A DNA stretch of 64,000 nucleotides from an uncultured Bacteroidales bacterium (GCA_947573135.1 CANPDU010000007.1:24855-88854); one strand, 5' to 3'; positions 11,286-21,600 are shown, counted from the stretch's first letter. Program-made: numbers and translations. Notes: generated by a model from the sequence alone, not told the origin.

Positions 11286-12176
11286 TTACATAAGAAACAT
11301 CAAACCAGTTGACAACTGGTGGAAATTGATCTGATTGTGACCGGTGAGGGCGTGATATGGGGAGTAACGCACATAGAAACTGCAAAAGTCACATACGTGG
11401 AGTGAAGCAAACAGATCGATAGTAAACGGTCGCACGTTGATACCGTTGACTTTGTATTCTGATTTAACATCTCCGTCGCGCCATGCAGTGAGAACCGAAG
11501 CATGGGAATTGAGATTGAAAATCGGGCCGAAACTGATCGACATTTTGTCTCTTTTAGATCCGAACAGGCCGAACTGCAGTTGCTGGCGATAAAGCAGGGG
11601 GAATTGAACAGAGAATATTTTGATGCGCGACAGACGCGGTTCTGTTCCTTCAGGATAATTTTCGATGCTGACTTGCCCGTCGTTGACTGTGAAGCGGTGG
11701 TCAAGAGTCGTGCGGTAGTTGCGCCAGTTGATGCCCACGCCGAGCGAGAACGTGTTGCCGTGACGGTTGCGTGCCTGAACTGCCAGAATGTTTAGCCACG
11801 ACAGTTCAAATGATTTGCCAGGCTCGATGCCCGCAGCTTCCGGAGCGCCCGGAGCGGCGCAGAAACCGAAGCCAAGTCCGCCTGAGATCACTTCCCAAGT
11901 CACTGATGAATTACGATTATTGCGGTTGCCGGTAAGCGACAGCCCCGATTTTGACATGTGTGACACAACGACTGATCCGGGATTATCGTAGGTCTGAGTT
12001 ATCACTCTGGCTGTAGAATCTTGAGATACAACTGTTTTAAGGCCATTTGGACTTTCGGTTATGATTATACGGTCAGCACCGATGATAGTTGTTACTGTAT
12101 CGTTGATTTCGGCAGATGCTGCCAGTGGTGTCAGCGCTGCGAGTATTGCGGATATAAATAGTAAGGTTGCTTTCAT
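11286..12176 (-). CDS. Outer-membrane beta-barrel protein (PorT/OMP_b-brl-like), paralog A
   Basis: Signal peptide; alternating amphipathic strands (SLGVGINWRNY, FYVRYSP); similar to the next gene. Confidence 0.65.
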   Translation of the reverse strand: MKATLLFISAILAALTPLAASAEINDTVTTIIGADRIIITESPNGLKTVVSQDSTARVITQTYDNPGSVVVSHMSKSGLSLTGNRNNRNSSVTWEVISGGLGFGFCAAPGAPEAAGIEPGKSFELSWLNILAVQARNRHGNTFSLGVGINWRNYRTTLDHRFTVNDGQVSIENYPEGTEPRLSRIKIFSVQFPLLYRQQLQFGLFGSKRDKMSISFGPIFNLNSHASVLTAWRDGDVKSEYKVNGINVRPFTIDLFASLHVCDFCSFYVRYSPYHALTGHNQINFHQLSTGLMFLM

Positions 12177-12195
12177 TTTTGTCTGAATTAATTGA

Positions 12196-13077
12196 TTAGA
12201 AACCGAGTGACATACCTATGGCCACGCTGTCGTATTGCGGACCGTGATGTGGCTTGAACTGCGACATCGGCGAGTAGCGGACATAGAATGCAAGGCAGTC
12301 GCGCCATCCGATGCGGGCAAGTGCGTCGACGGTCAGCAACCGCTGGTGCAGATTTTTGACTGACATCTGAGACTCGACATTGTCGATTTTCCATTTGCAG
12401 CTGCCTGTTGTATAAGTGTTGAGCATTGCCACTCCGCCTACTTCGATCGTGAAAGCCTTATAGATTTTTTGAGACAGAGTCAGCGGTATCTGCAGCGAAA
12501 AAGTATGCAGTTTTGATGAGGCTTTGTCGTATTCTTCGGGGACGGGCATAAGAGTAAGCCTTCCGGCATCGGAACGGCCGAGTATCATGCCGTCGCCGAT
12601 GTTGAAACTACGGTATTGAATGCCGAGACCAAGCGACAGGTCAGTGCCGCATCGTGACAGGTGCCATTGCGATCTGATTGCGTTGAGCACTCCGATTTCC
12701 CAGCCCGCACGGCTGAATCCTCGGTCTGCCTCGGTCGGTATGACACCGCCTGCGTAGACGTCGCACAATGCGTCGAACGAAGGATTGTTTCTGCGTCGTA
12801 ATTTATTTTGTTCGGCATTCTTGGCAAACGGCAGATTGAATGCCCACATGTCGTCGGCGCTGTCGGCCGGAGCTTTGCTCACCGAGCTTTCATAATCAAG
12901 ATTGTAGTCCGGCTGGCCTTCTCTGCCTTCAACGATTATGCGCTTTTTGTCAGGAGAGCTTATTATTCTCACCACGATCGGTTTCTCGATCTGGGCAATC
13001 GTGTCGCTTCTTTCTTCTGCGGTCATTGCCGATGCTGTGAACAGCAGCCCGACGGACAATAAAATTTTGGTTCTCAT
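12196..13077 (-). CDS. Outer-membrane beta-barrel protein (PorT/OMP_b-brl-like), paralog B
   Basis: Signal peptide; SLGLGIQYRSF, FYVRYSP; C-terminal Phe beta-signal (GMSLGF). Confidence 0.7.
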   Translation of the reverse strand: MRTKILLSVGLLFTASAMTAEERSDTIAQIEKPIVVRIISSPDKKRIIVEGREGQPDYNLDYESSVSKAPADSADDMWAFNLPFAKNAEQNKLRRRNNPSFDALCDVYAGGVIPTEADRGFSRAGWEIGVLNAIRSQWHLSRCGTDLSLGLGIQYRSFNIGDGMILGRSDAGRLTLMPVPEEYDKASSKLHTFSLQIPLTLSQKIYKAFTIEVGGVAMLNTYTTGSCKWKIDNVESQMSVKNLHQRLLTVDALARIGWRDCLAFYVRYSPMSQFKPHHGPQYDSVAIGMSLGF

Positions 13078-13092
13078 ATTCTTGGTTTAAAA

Positions 13093-13533
13093 TTATTGTT
13101 GTCTTATCAGTTTCTTTATCTCATCGAGATTTGCTTTACCTATCATGTAGAGCAACATTATCTTGTTGCCTCCGTTAAGATTGGTATTAAGATAGAATAT
13201 ATACCGATTGTATTTGTCTAACGGTTTGAGCATAAGCTGAGCATAATATATCTTACCGTCGATATACTTAACCTCGCGGCTCAAAGCGTCGGAGCCGTCT
13301 TTGATGACAGCTGTCGATATTTCATCAGCCAGTTCGGGGGAGTCCCTGATCACAATGCTCCGGTAAGTGTCGAGGCCGGTGCCTTTGAGCGCGTCGCCCA
13401 TGATTATGGTTTCTGTCGTCTTTTCATTCTGGCGGTATTTTTCTCCGAATATTTTGCCTATGTTCAGCGAATTTTGGGCCGATACAGATGTCACGGCTAT
13501 CATTAGCGCCAATAAAGTGATGAGCTGTTTCAT
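13093..13533 (-). CDS. Secreted/periplasmic protein, DUF6108-like
   Basis: Signal peptide ending SAQ; LDTYRS, NRYIFY and IMLLYMIG pattern recalled from DUF6108 members; sits in the ECF cassette. Confidence 0.6.
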   Translation of the reverse strand: MKQLITLLALMIAVTSVSAQNSLNIGKIFGEKYRQNEKTTETIIMGDALKGTGLDTYRSIVIRDSPELADEISTAVIKDGSDALSREVKYIDGKIYYAQLMLKPLDKYNRYIFYLNTNLNGGNKIMLLYMIGKANLDEIKKLIRQQ

Positions 13534-13542
13534 ATTGTGTTG

Positions 13543-14007
13543 TTATAAAGAGAGTTCTGCTGCTAAAATTGAAAGCTGGTCATCGATGTCGTCACGCATG
13601 TCGGCGGATGCCTCGCCGAAATCATTGAGTTCGCTGCGCATCATCGCCATCACCTTATGGTTGTCTGTGATCTCGGTGTCGCCGATATAAGCGACGCAGC
13701 GGTCATTGTCGGTGCGGTCGTTGCCTCCGGAGTTCAGAAGCACGGTGCCGCATACGGCGGCCAACGCTATTGCGGCCGCTATGCGGAACCATACCGACTG
13801 CTGACGGGAGCGTCGGGGAAGTCTGCTTTCGGTGACAAAGAAGCCTAAGACTGCACGCGCTTCTTCAATTTCAGGAGATGAGAGCGAAGTGTCGGCGAGT
13901 CCTCGCCTGAGTTCTGCCTCTTCGTCTTCGGTAGCTGTAGCATCGAAATATCGTACGATCAGTGTATGCAGTCGTTTGATGTCGGGAGATGATTGTTTCA
14001 TGTTCAT
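13543..14007 (-). CDS. Putative single-pass anti-sigma factor
   Basis: N-terminal RYFDAT...EEAELR motif, one TM helix (IAAAIALAAVCGTVLL), directly downstream of an ECF sigma. Confidence 0.7.
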   Translation of the reverse strand: MNMKQSSPDIKRLHTLIVRYFDATATEDEEAELRRGLADTSLSSPEIEEARAVLGFFVTESRLPRRSRQQSVWFRIAAAIALAAVCGTVLLNSGGNDRTDNDRCVAYIGDTEITDNHKVMAMMRSELNDFGEASADMRDDIDDQLSILAAELSL

Positions 14008-14507
14008 ATTCTGTGTTTATTTGAAGAGAGGTATATTTCACGCACTGTTTTACGGGCGCGACAGAGTATCATTCTTACGTTGTTCTCGGATATGCCGAGC
14101 TCAACAGCGATATCGGCGAAATCCATTCCCATTGTGTCGCGCATGGTGATGACCGTTCTTTCGCGTTCGGGCAGTCGGCGGTCTATGATTTCCTTGACCG
14201 ATTCGTATATTTCCCGGCGTGAGTTTTCGTAATCGTCGGTGTCGGTCGTGGCGCCGTCGGCCTGATCGAGCGGCATATTGCTATGTCGTTTGCGAAGTGC
14301 GTCAATGCAGGTGTTTCGGACGGCTGTCACAGACAGGCCTTCGGCCTGCTGACTGCTGATTATTTCCTGTCTGTGCTTCCAAAGGCGGCAGAAAGCATCC
14401 TGAAGGGCATCGTCGGCCTCGCTGTCATCGTCGAGCAGTCTGCGCGCGTTGGCTTTCAGTCGTTCGCGCAGTCTCATAAACGTTGATGTGAGGATATCTG
14501 ATGTCAT
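14004..14507 (-). CDS. ECF RNA polymerase sigma-70 factor (cassette 1)
   Basis: EADDALQDAFCRLW (region 2), LPERERTVITMRD...IAVELGISENNVRMILCRARK (region 4). Confidence 0.92.
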   Translation of the reverse strand: MTSDILTSTFMRLRERLKANARRLLDDDSEADDALQDAFCRLWKHRQEIISSQQAEGLSVTAVRNTCIDALRKRHSNMPLDQADGATTDTDDYENSRREIYESVKEIIDRRLPERERTVITMRDTMGMDFADIAVELGISENNVRMILCRARKTVREIYLSSNKHRI

Positions 14508-14533
14508 TCTGTTTTTATCTGCTTTTTGTCTTT

Positions 14534-14560
14534 AATACGGATTGAATGGATTTTTGTAAC
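14534..14560 (-). promoter_or_regulatory. Putative ECF promoter GTTACA-N15-CGTATT upstream of sigma 1
   Basis: -35/-10-like pair ~27 bp upstream of the ATG; same spacing as the motif before sigma 2. Confidence 0.55.
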
Positions 14561-14597
14561 AAACTTAGATAAATTTTTTTGAAAAAATCTTACACTG

Positions 14598-14629
14598 TTT
14601 GGTCAGTTTGGTCTTAAACGGTAATTTTG
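14598..14629 (+). promoter_or_regulatory. Canonical Bacteroidetes promoter TTTG-N20-TAATTTTG for the YbjN-like operon
   Basis: TTTG at 14598-14601, TAATTTTG at 14622-14629. Confidence 0.7.
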
Positions 14630-14661
14630 TGATAAAACGATCTTATTTAAGACAAATAATC

Positions 14662-15087
14662 ATGACTGACATCAAGCATATTGGCCTTGACGAGCTTAAA
14701 ACTATGCTCTCAGGCATGGATATCGACTGTGCCGTCGACAGCAAGGGTTCTGTTTATTGTATCTTTCCGGCAGATGACGATTTTGACCATGATGTGGTCT
14801 TTCATTTCACTAACGATGACGACGGATGGTTTGGGATCGAGGCCGTAGCCGATGAATTTTCTCTGACAGAGGATGAGATCGGTCAGGCGCTTGTATTCTG
14901 CAACGAATTTTCCCGGCGAGCCCGTCTGCCGAAGGCTTTTGTTGTCAACGGACGCCTGAAACTCGATCAGTGGATTGTATTTCCGGAGTCTGCCGACAGC
15001 GATTATATCATACAATATATAGAACTTGTGCTGACAATGTGCTGGAGCTTTTTTGTCAACGCAAACCATAAATTAAAACAAAAGTGA
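14662..15087 (+). CDS. YbjN-like (sensory transduction regulator fold) protein
   Basis: Start moved to ATG 14662 (the track start overlaps the promoter); FCNEFSRRARLPKAFV resembles the YbjN CNxWN...PKAY motif. Confidence 0.6.
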   Translation: MTDIKHIGLDELKTMLSGMDIDCAVDSKGSVYCIFPADDDFDHDVVFHFTNDDDGWFGIEAVADEFSLTEDEIGQALVFCNEFSRRARLPKAFVVNGRLKLDQWIVFPESADSDYIIQYIELVLTMCWSFFVNANHKLKQK

Positions 15088-15096
15088 TAATTAATT

Positions 15097-15726
15097 ATGA
15101 GAGTATTACTTGTCAACGGCAGTCCGCATCCCGACGGAAACACTTCCGTGGCGCTTGCCGAAGTTGCCCGCATACTTGAGTCCGAGGGTGTTGAAACAGA
15201 GACTTTGTGGATAGGGACAAAGGCTGTGCAGGGCTGTATCGCATGTTATAAATGTATGGAACTTGGACGATGTGTATTCCACGACGAGCTGTATGAAGCC
15301 GCCCGTGAGGCTGTCGGCCGGGCAGATGCTGTAGTGATCGGTTCGCCGGTCTATTATGCCGGTCCGTCAGGTTCGCTCTGCGCTCTTCTCGACCGGCTGT
15401 TCTATTCATGCGGTAAAGAACTGATGTACAAACCGGCCGCATCGGTTGTCTGCTGCCGCCGCGGCGGTGCGTCGGCGACTTTCGACCGACTCAATAAATA
15501 TTATACAATTCTCAGCATGCCTGTCGTCAGTTCGCAGTACTGGAACAGTGTGCACGGCCGAGAGAAAGGTGAGGCGCGCTACGACGCGGAAGGTCTCCAG
15601 ACCATGCGTACACTCGGACGCAACATGGCATGGCTGCTGAAATCGATTCACAATCCTTCGTCGCCGGCTCATCCCGCTCCCGAACCACGTCAGGCTACAA
15701 ATTTTATACGTCGTGATCATGAATGA
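15097..15726 (+). CDS. Flavodoxin-fold iron-sulfur flavoprotein / NADPH-dependent FMN reductase
   Basis: VNGSPHPDGNT, GCIACYKC...C cluster motif, GSPVYYAG, CRRGG. Confidence 0.9.
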   Translation: MRVLLVNGSPHPDGNTSVALAEVARILESEGVETETLWIGTKAVQGCIACYKCMELGRCVFHDELYEAAREAVGRADAVVIGSPVYYAGPSGSLCALLDRLFYSCGKELMYKPAASVVCCRRGGASATFDRLNKYYTILSMPVVSSQYWNSVHGREKGEARYDAEGLQTMRTLGRNMAWLLKSIHNPSSPAHPAPEPRQATNFIRRDHE

Positions 15727-16696
15727 TCTGTCATCGCGTCCGTCACGGCGCATCGTCGTGCTTGACGGATATGTGGCCAACAGCGGCGATCTGTCGTGGG
15801 AAGATCTCGGACGGCTTGGCGACCTGATGGTCTATGAACGGACGTCGCCGGCTCAGATTGTTGACCGTTGCCGCGGCGCCTATGCCGTTTTTGTCAATAA
15901 AGTCGTTCTCGACAAAGAGACAATCGCATTGTTACCGGATCTGCGGTTTATCGGGGTGCTTGCTACGGGTTATAACAATGTCGATATCGTTGCCGCCCGC
16001 AAGGCCGGTGTGACAGTCTGCAATGTACCTGCCTACAGTACGGCCTCGGTTGTCCAGACCGTATTTTCCCTTTTGCTGGCGCTGACAAACAGGGTAGAGT
16101 CATATTCGGCGAGCGTATCGCGAGGTGACTGGACATCGTGCCGCGATTTCAGCTACCGGCTTTCGGCGATTGAGGAACTTGACGGTATGACGATAGGTGT
16201 CTACGGCCTCGGCAACATAGGATCGAGGGTCGCGTCGACCGCTCACGCATTCGGCATGAAAGTAATCAGCGCTACATCAAAAAGGGACCGTCTGCCGTCA
16301 TATATCGAGAAAGTTTCTAAAGAGGATTTGTTCCGCCGGTCAGATGTACTGTCGCTTAATGCTCCTCTGACAGCCGACAATGTTCGTTTTGTCAATGTCG
16401 ATACCCTAGCGCTGATGAAACCAATGGCTATACTGATCAACACTGCCCGCGGAGGACTTGTCGACGAACAGGCTCTTGCCGACGCTTTGCGTTCGCGTCA
16501 CATAGCCGGTGCCGGGCTTGATGTGCTCGATCATGAGCCGCCCCACGCAGACTGTCCGCTATTAGGCCTTGACAATTGCCTGATCACACCTCACGTCGCC
16601 TGGCAGAGTACGGCCGCCCGTCGCCGTCTGCTCACTGTTTCGGCTGAAAATCTTGCCGCCTTTTTCTCCGGTAATCCACAGAATGTCGTCAATTGA
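15713..16696 (+). CDS. D-2-hydroxyacid dehydrogenase (glycerate dehydrogenase/HPR-like)
   Basis: LATGYNNVD, GLGNIG, INTARGGLVDE, GLDV, TPHVAW. Confidence 0.92.
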   Translation: MIMNDLSSRPSRRIVVLDGYVANSGDLSWEDLGRLGDLMVYERTSPAQIVDRCRGAYAVFVNKVVLDKETIALLPDLRFIGVLATGYNNVDIVAARKAGVTVCNVPAYSTASVVQTVFSLLLALTNRVESYSASVSRGDWTSCRDFSYRLSAIEELDGMTIGVYGLGNIGSRVASTAHAFGMKVISATSKRDRLPSYIEKVSKEDLFRRSDVLSLNAPLTADNVRFVNVDTLALMKPMAILINTARGGLVDEQALADALRSRHIAGAGLDVLDHEPPHADCPLLGLDNCLITPHVAWQSTAARRRLLTVSAENLAAFFSGNPQNVVN

Positions 16697-16726
16697 GAGA
16701 AACATACTGTTATTTTAATAAAACAT

Positions 16727-16754
16727 GAGCGGCGGGCTATTAGACCCGCCGCTC
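16727..16754. terminator. Bidirectional terminator between convergent dehydrogenase and susD
   Basis: GAGCGGCGGG-8nt-CCCGCCGCTC perfect 10-bp stem. Confidence 0.75.
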
Positions 16755-16779
16755 GGCGTTTATTGTGTTAGGAATGTGA

Positions 16780-18651
16780 TTAGTAACCGTCGTTCTGTGT
16801 TATGTTCTTGGCGCGGTTGCGTTCTTCCTGAGGAATGGGGAAGAGAGCAAATCTCGGTTCCCAGCGGCGGTTGAGGTCGCGCACTTTCAGTTTCTGTTTA
16901 TAAGCATCGTAGCAGGGGATATCATTGATATTCTTTTCTTTCGATGTCTTGAAATTAGGAATATCTGTCGGCGCAAGACCAAGAGAAGTCTTTTCGACTC
17001 CGTCTTCAGTGTAGGTGTTGCCAGCCTGATACTGATACTGGATGAGAGGACATCCATAAGAAGGATATTCATTCTCGATGGCTCCCGTGCCCCAGCGGTG
17101 CATATCCATCAGGTGGAGACCTTCCATCATCAGCTCGACTTTGCGTTCGCGACGAACACGCTGGCGGAGTTTTTCCTGAGCTGTCAGACCGTCGAGACTC
17201 TCGTTTGCAACACAACCGTCAGTACCGATTTCTGGCATGTGAGAGCGGCGGCGGACGGTATTGATGGCCTCTATGACAGAACCGTCTATCTGATTGAGCT
17301 CAATCTTGGCTTCAGCATAGCCGAGAAGAACTTCAGGATAGCGCATAACCATGATGTTGCAGGTCTGAGCGCTGATGTTCTGGGAGACTTCGTGAGTATA
17401 CTTACCGTTCATAAGACCGACTCCAGCGTTGCAGAAGCTTGCCCATGATGCGGAAGCACCTGCTTTATCGATGTTGAGCGTTGGTTCGTAGACCCATTCA
17501 CCGTCAATGAGTCGACCGACCAGAGTGTAGTCGTTGTAGCAGCTGAGAACCTGACGGGTTACTGTACCGTTGTTGATTTCGGAAATGTCACCGTCCATCC
17601 AGATCATTTCAGCAAAGCGAGGATCGCGGTTAGCCGACGGGTGGGCATTGTCATAAATCGGAGATGCGTCGATGCGGAGACCGTCGCTACATTCGTATGT
17701 GTCGGCGAACATATAACTGATGTGACGTCCAGTCTGACCTTGAATACGGGATGCCTGACCGAAACCTACGGGGTGAGTCATCTGAGGTGTAGTTGTGTTG
17801 GTGTAAGGCAGTTCGTAGAATATTTCATCGGTAACGCCGAGCGCCATCTGACCGCCGAAGTTGAAGAGGTCGCCATAGTTAGATACGAGGCTATAACCGC
17901 CTTCGTCAATGACTTTTTTTGCTGCCGTAGCGGCGGCTTCGAAATATGTTTTGCCTTTGCCCCCGATGTCGAGCGAGCCACCGATGAGGCCTAGACGGTT
18001 GATTATACCATAAGCGAAACCGCGGTTGAGTCGTCCTACCATCTCACGTTTCCATGGAAGGTCTTCTGCCACGCTGTTGAGGTCGGCGATAAGAGCATCG
18101 AGTATTTGCTCGCGGGGAGTTCTGTATGCAGAGTCAAATTCAGCCTGAGACACCGGTTCCATGAAGAAAGGCACATCGCCGTACAGAGATACAAGGATGT
18201 GATAGAAGTAAGCACGCAGAGCGTGGACTTCAGCAAGGTATTGGCGTCCTTTTGCCGAGAAGTTGGCTGCGTAAGGTTCTGCGCCTGCGATAACAGCATT
18301 GGCGCGTGCGATAGCGGTATAGCAGTTGCTCCAGAATTTCTGGACCGTTGCGTTGTCGGGATTGAGTGTGCCGCCGGCACCGATTGTGGTGTTTTCGCTG
18401 CGTTCGAGCAGCATCGGGGTGAGATGGTCGAGGATAACAACGGTCGGAACATTGTAGAAACCGTTGACATTGCTCATATACATCTGGTTGTATACACCCA
18501 TCAAGCCGTCGTAAACAGCTTGGTCAGAGGAGAAGAAGCCTGAGCTGTCGTAATCACTGTTTGTGTCGACACGGTCGAGGAAGTCGGCGCATGAGGCTGT
18601 CATCAGACCGAGCGCGGCTACGGCTGCTAAATATAATTTATTCTTTTTCAT
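16780..18651 (-). CDS. RagB/SusD family outer-membrane lipoprotein
   Basis: Lipobox TASC, IARANAVI, LRAYFY, MRYPEVLLGYAEA, ERKVELMMEG, final PIPQEE...QNDGY. Confidence 0.95.
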   Translation of the reverse strand: MKKNKLYLAAVAALGLMTASCADFLDRVDTNSDYDSSGFFSSDQAVYDGLMGVYNQMYMSNVNGFYNVPTVVILDHLTPMLLERSENTTIGAGGTLNPDNATVQKFWSNCYTAIARANAVIAGAEPYAANFSAKGRQYLAEVHALRAYFYHILVSLYGDVPFFMEPVSQAEFDSAYRTPREQILDALIADLNSVAEDLPWKREMVGRLNRGFAYGIINRLGLIGGSLDIGGKGKTYFEAAATAAKKVIDEGGYSLVSNYGDLFNFGGQMALGVTDEIFYELPYTNTTTPQMTHPVGFGQASRIQGQTGRHISYMFADTYECSDGLRIDASPIYDNAHPSANRDPRFAEMIWMDGDISEINNGTVTRQVLSCYNDYTLVGRLIDGEWVYEPTLNIDKAGASASWASFCNAGVGLMNGKYTHEVSQNISAQTCNIMVMRYPEVLLGYAEAKIELNQIDGSVIEAINTVRRRSHMPEIGTDGCVANESLDGLTAQEKLRQRVRRERKVELMMEGLHLMDMHRWGTGAIENEYPSYGCPLIQYQYQAGNTYTEDGVEKTSLGLAPTDIPNFKTSKEKNINDIPCYDAYKQKLKVRDLNRRWEPRFALFPIPQEERNRAKNITQNDGY

Positions 18652-18664
18652 GATTGTTGCTTGT

Positions 18665-21600
18665 TTAGAATCTTAAGTCGATACCGAATGTGTAAATTCT
18701 CATAAGAGGATAGTATGAACCTGCGTTTGCTTCCGGGTCATAGCCGGGATATGCGTTCTGGATGGTGAATAGATTCTGACCGCTCACGTAAAAACGCAGG
18801 TTGGAGATACCGATTTTGTTGACGATATTCTTGGGCATTGTGTAGCCGACAACAAGGTTCTTCAGACGCATATAGGCACCGCTCTTGATCCAGAATGACG
18901 AGCAGATGTTGTTGGGGTTGGTACCGCTGACTTGTTCCATAAGGAGCAGAGGATATTTGGCGTTGCGGTTGTCTTCGGTCCATGTGTCAAACTGGCTTTC
19001 CATGATTGTGCGTCCAACCATAAGAGGACGTACGTTGTAGCCGCTGGCATAGATGTCGCGTTTGCCTACGCCTTGGAAGAAGGCGGTGATGTCGAAGTTG
19101 TTCCATTGTGCGCTCAGGTTGAGAGAGAAGAGATAGCGCTGCTGCGGGTCACCGATAAAGGTCTTGTCGTAGTCGTCGATTACGTCGTCGGGTTTGCCGT
19201 CGGGTCCACTGATATCTTTATAGCGGATATAGCCGGGTTTGACGTTCTTCTTGTCTCCGCCATAGACGGGATAATTGTCGATTTCTTCCTGGCTCTGGAA
19301 ATATCCGTCGGCTACAAAACCGTACCAGGAGTAGATCGGATGACCGACCTGAGTAGAGTTGTCAGCGTTGATGTAAGGAGCGTGACCGTAGAGGTCGGTG
19401 ATCTCGTTCTTAACATCAGACAGGATTGCGGTGGCACTGAAGTTAACGTTGCCGAAGCTGTCGTGATAGGTGACGGAGAGATCCCAGCCGTTGTTGCGCA
19501 TATCACCCGCATTGGTCCATGGCGACCTCAAACCTACATAGAATGGAGCCGGGAATTTCTGAAGCATAGACTTGATGTTGCGTACATAGTAGTCGAATGT
19601 CACATCAATCTTGTTGTTAAACGTTGTGAGATCGAGACCGACATTGATCTGGTGTGATTTTTCCCATGATATTTCAGCATTGGAAAGGGTAGAAGCGTAG
19701 ACGCCGGTTGTGTAACCCTTGCCGGGCCAGTAGTTGGCTCCCTGGCTTAGAGTGGAAGCGTAGGGATAGTTGCCGCCGATGTTCTGGTTGCCGAGTGTAC
19801 CGTATGATGCGCGGATTTTCAGGTTGCTGACATAGTCGCGGGCCTGTTCGAAGAAATTTTCCTGAGATATACGCCATGCAGCAGAAACAGACGGGAAGAA
19901 GCCCCAGCGGTTTTCTTTTGTGAAGCGTGACGAACCGTCATAACGACCGGTCAGCTCAAGCATATATTTGCTGTCGTAGATATAGTTGAGTCGGGCGATG
20001 TAAGAAACCATAGCAAGTTCGTTGCCTGCGCCGTAAACAGATGGTGTCGAGGTTGAGTTAGAGAGGTTGTCATATCCGTCGTAAGGGAAACCAGAACGTG
20101 AAGCCCCGAAATTTTTGTATTTTGTTTCTTCGGTCTGGAAACCGGCGAATACCTTGAGATAATGTTTTTCGGCAAAAGTCTTTTCGTATGACGCCTGAAT
20201 GTTGAACTGGTTGACAACCGAGCGTTCCCATGAATCACTGCGGTAACGGCCTTCAGACGGATAACTCATCACGAACTGGCCGTCGCGGTATGTGTCGTAT
20301 GTCTCGCGGAAACTTTCGCCCTTGTAGAGCCACTGGCTGGTGGCATAACTAGCGAGGATTTCGAGACCGTCAATGGGATTGGCGACGATTGTGCCTTTGA
20401 CACGGGTCTCGTTGCCGTCGGTCTTCGATGTGCCGCCGACTTTTGACATTGCGAGCGGGTTGATACCCTGCTGTGCTTCGTTCCATGTGCCGTCGGCGTT
20501 GATTGCGCCGAAGACGGGCGAGAATGTCAAAGCGTAGCCTATGATTCCGTTTGCACCGTTATAAGGAGAGGTCGAGCTGTTACGGCGAACCGTTAAGTCG
20601 ACGCTTGCACGCAGCCAGTCAGTAATGTTGATATCGGTGTTGGAGCGCAGAGCCAGACGTCTGTAGTCATTGTTGTCGATGATACCGTCTTCGTAGCTGT
20701 ATGATGCGTTAAGGTATTCGCGGATTGTTTTGCTGCCTCCTGAAACCGAAATCGTATGGTTGGTTGTGAATGTATTGTCTTTCAGAACGAGGTCTCGCCA
20801 GTTTGTGTCGAAGCGGTGAATGTTGTCGACTCCGAGATTACGATAATCTTCAAGCATTTCCTCGTATATGGGGTTGTTGCCGGCATTTCTCTGAGCCTCG
20901 TCCATCTTTTCCATGTATTCGATTGCATTTGCGGGGCGTGGCAGTTCGGTCGGGGTGCGGAAGCCTACCCAACCGTTGTAAGTTACGGTTGCCTTGGTTT
21001 CACCGCCGCGTTTTGTCGTGACGAGGATGACACCGTTAGACGCTTTCGAACCATAGATTGATGCTGAAGCAGCGTCTTTCAGTATTGAAATTGATTCGAT
21101 CGAGTTTACGTCGAGGGCGTTCATGTCGCCTTCGATACCGTCTATAAGGATGAGAGGACTTGTATTTGAGTTTATTGATCCTACACCACGGATCTGAATG
21201 CCGGCACCTGCGCCCGGGGCACCGGAAGTCTGGGTTACGTTAACACCCGATACGAGGCCCTGAAGGGCTGTCGACGCAGTCTGCACGCTGCGTTGTGCGA
21301 GTTCCTTGCTTGAAACTTGTTGTACGGCACCGGTGAGGTTTACTTTTTTCTGTGTGCCGTAACCGACTACAATAACTTCATTGAGATTTTCTGCCGAAGG
21401 TTCGAGTACTATTTTACCCCCCCCTCGTTGACTAATTTGCTTATTCTCACCGTATTAACGGCGTAGCCGACATATGAGACCTCAATTTCTTGATTTGGCT
21501 TGGCCTTAGAAATTACAAAGTTACCGTCGATGTCGGTCGGCACACTGATGTCAGTGCCTTTCACCCTTACCGACGCTCCAATGACGGGTTCGTCATTTTC

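Noticed and set aside
18665-21286. 873-aa ORF as a complete stand-alone SusC
   Set aside because: It starts at a GTG within the plug region and has no signal peptide; it is the downstream part of the frameshifted gene.
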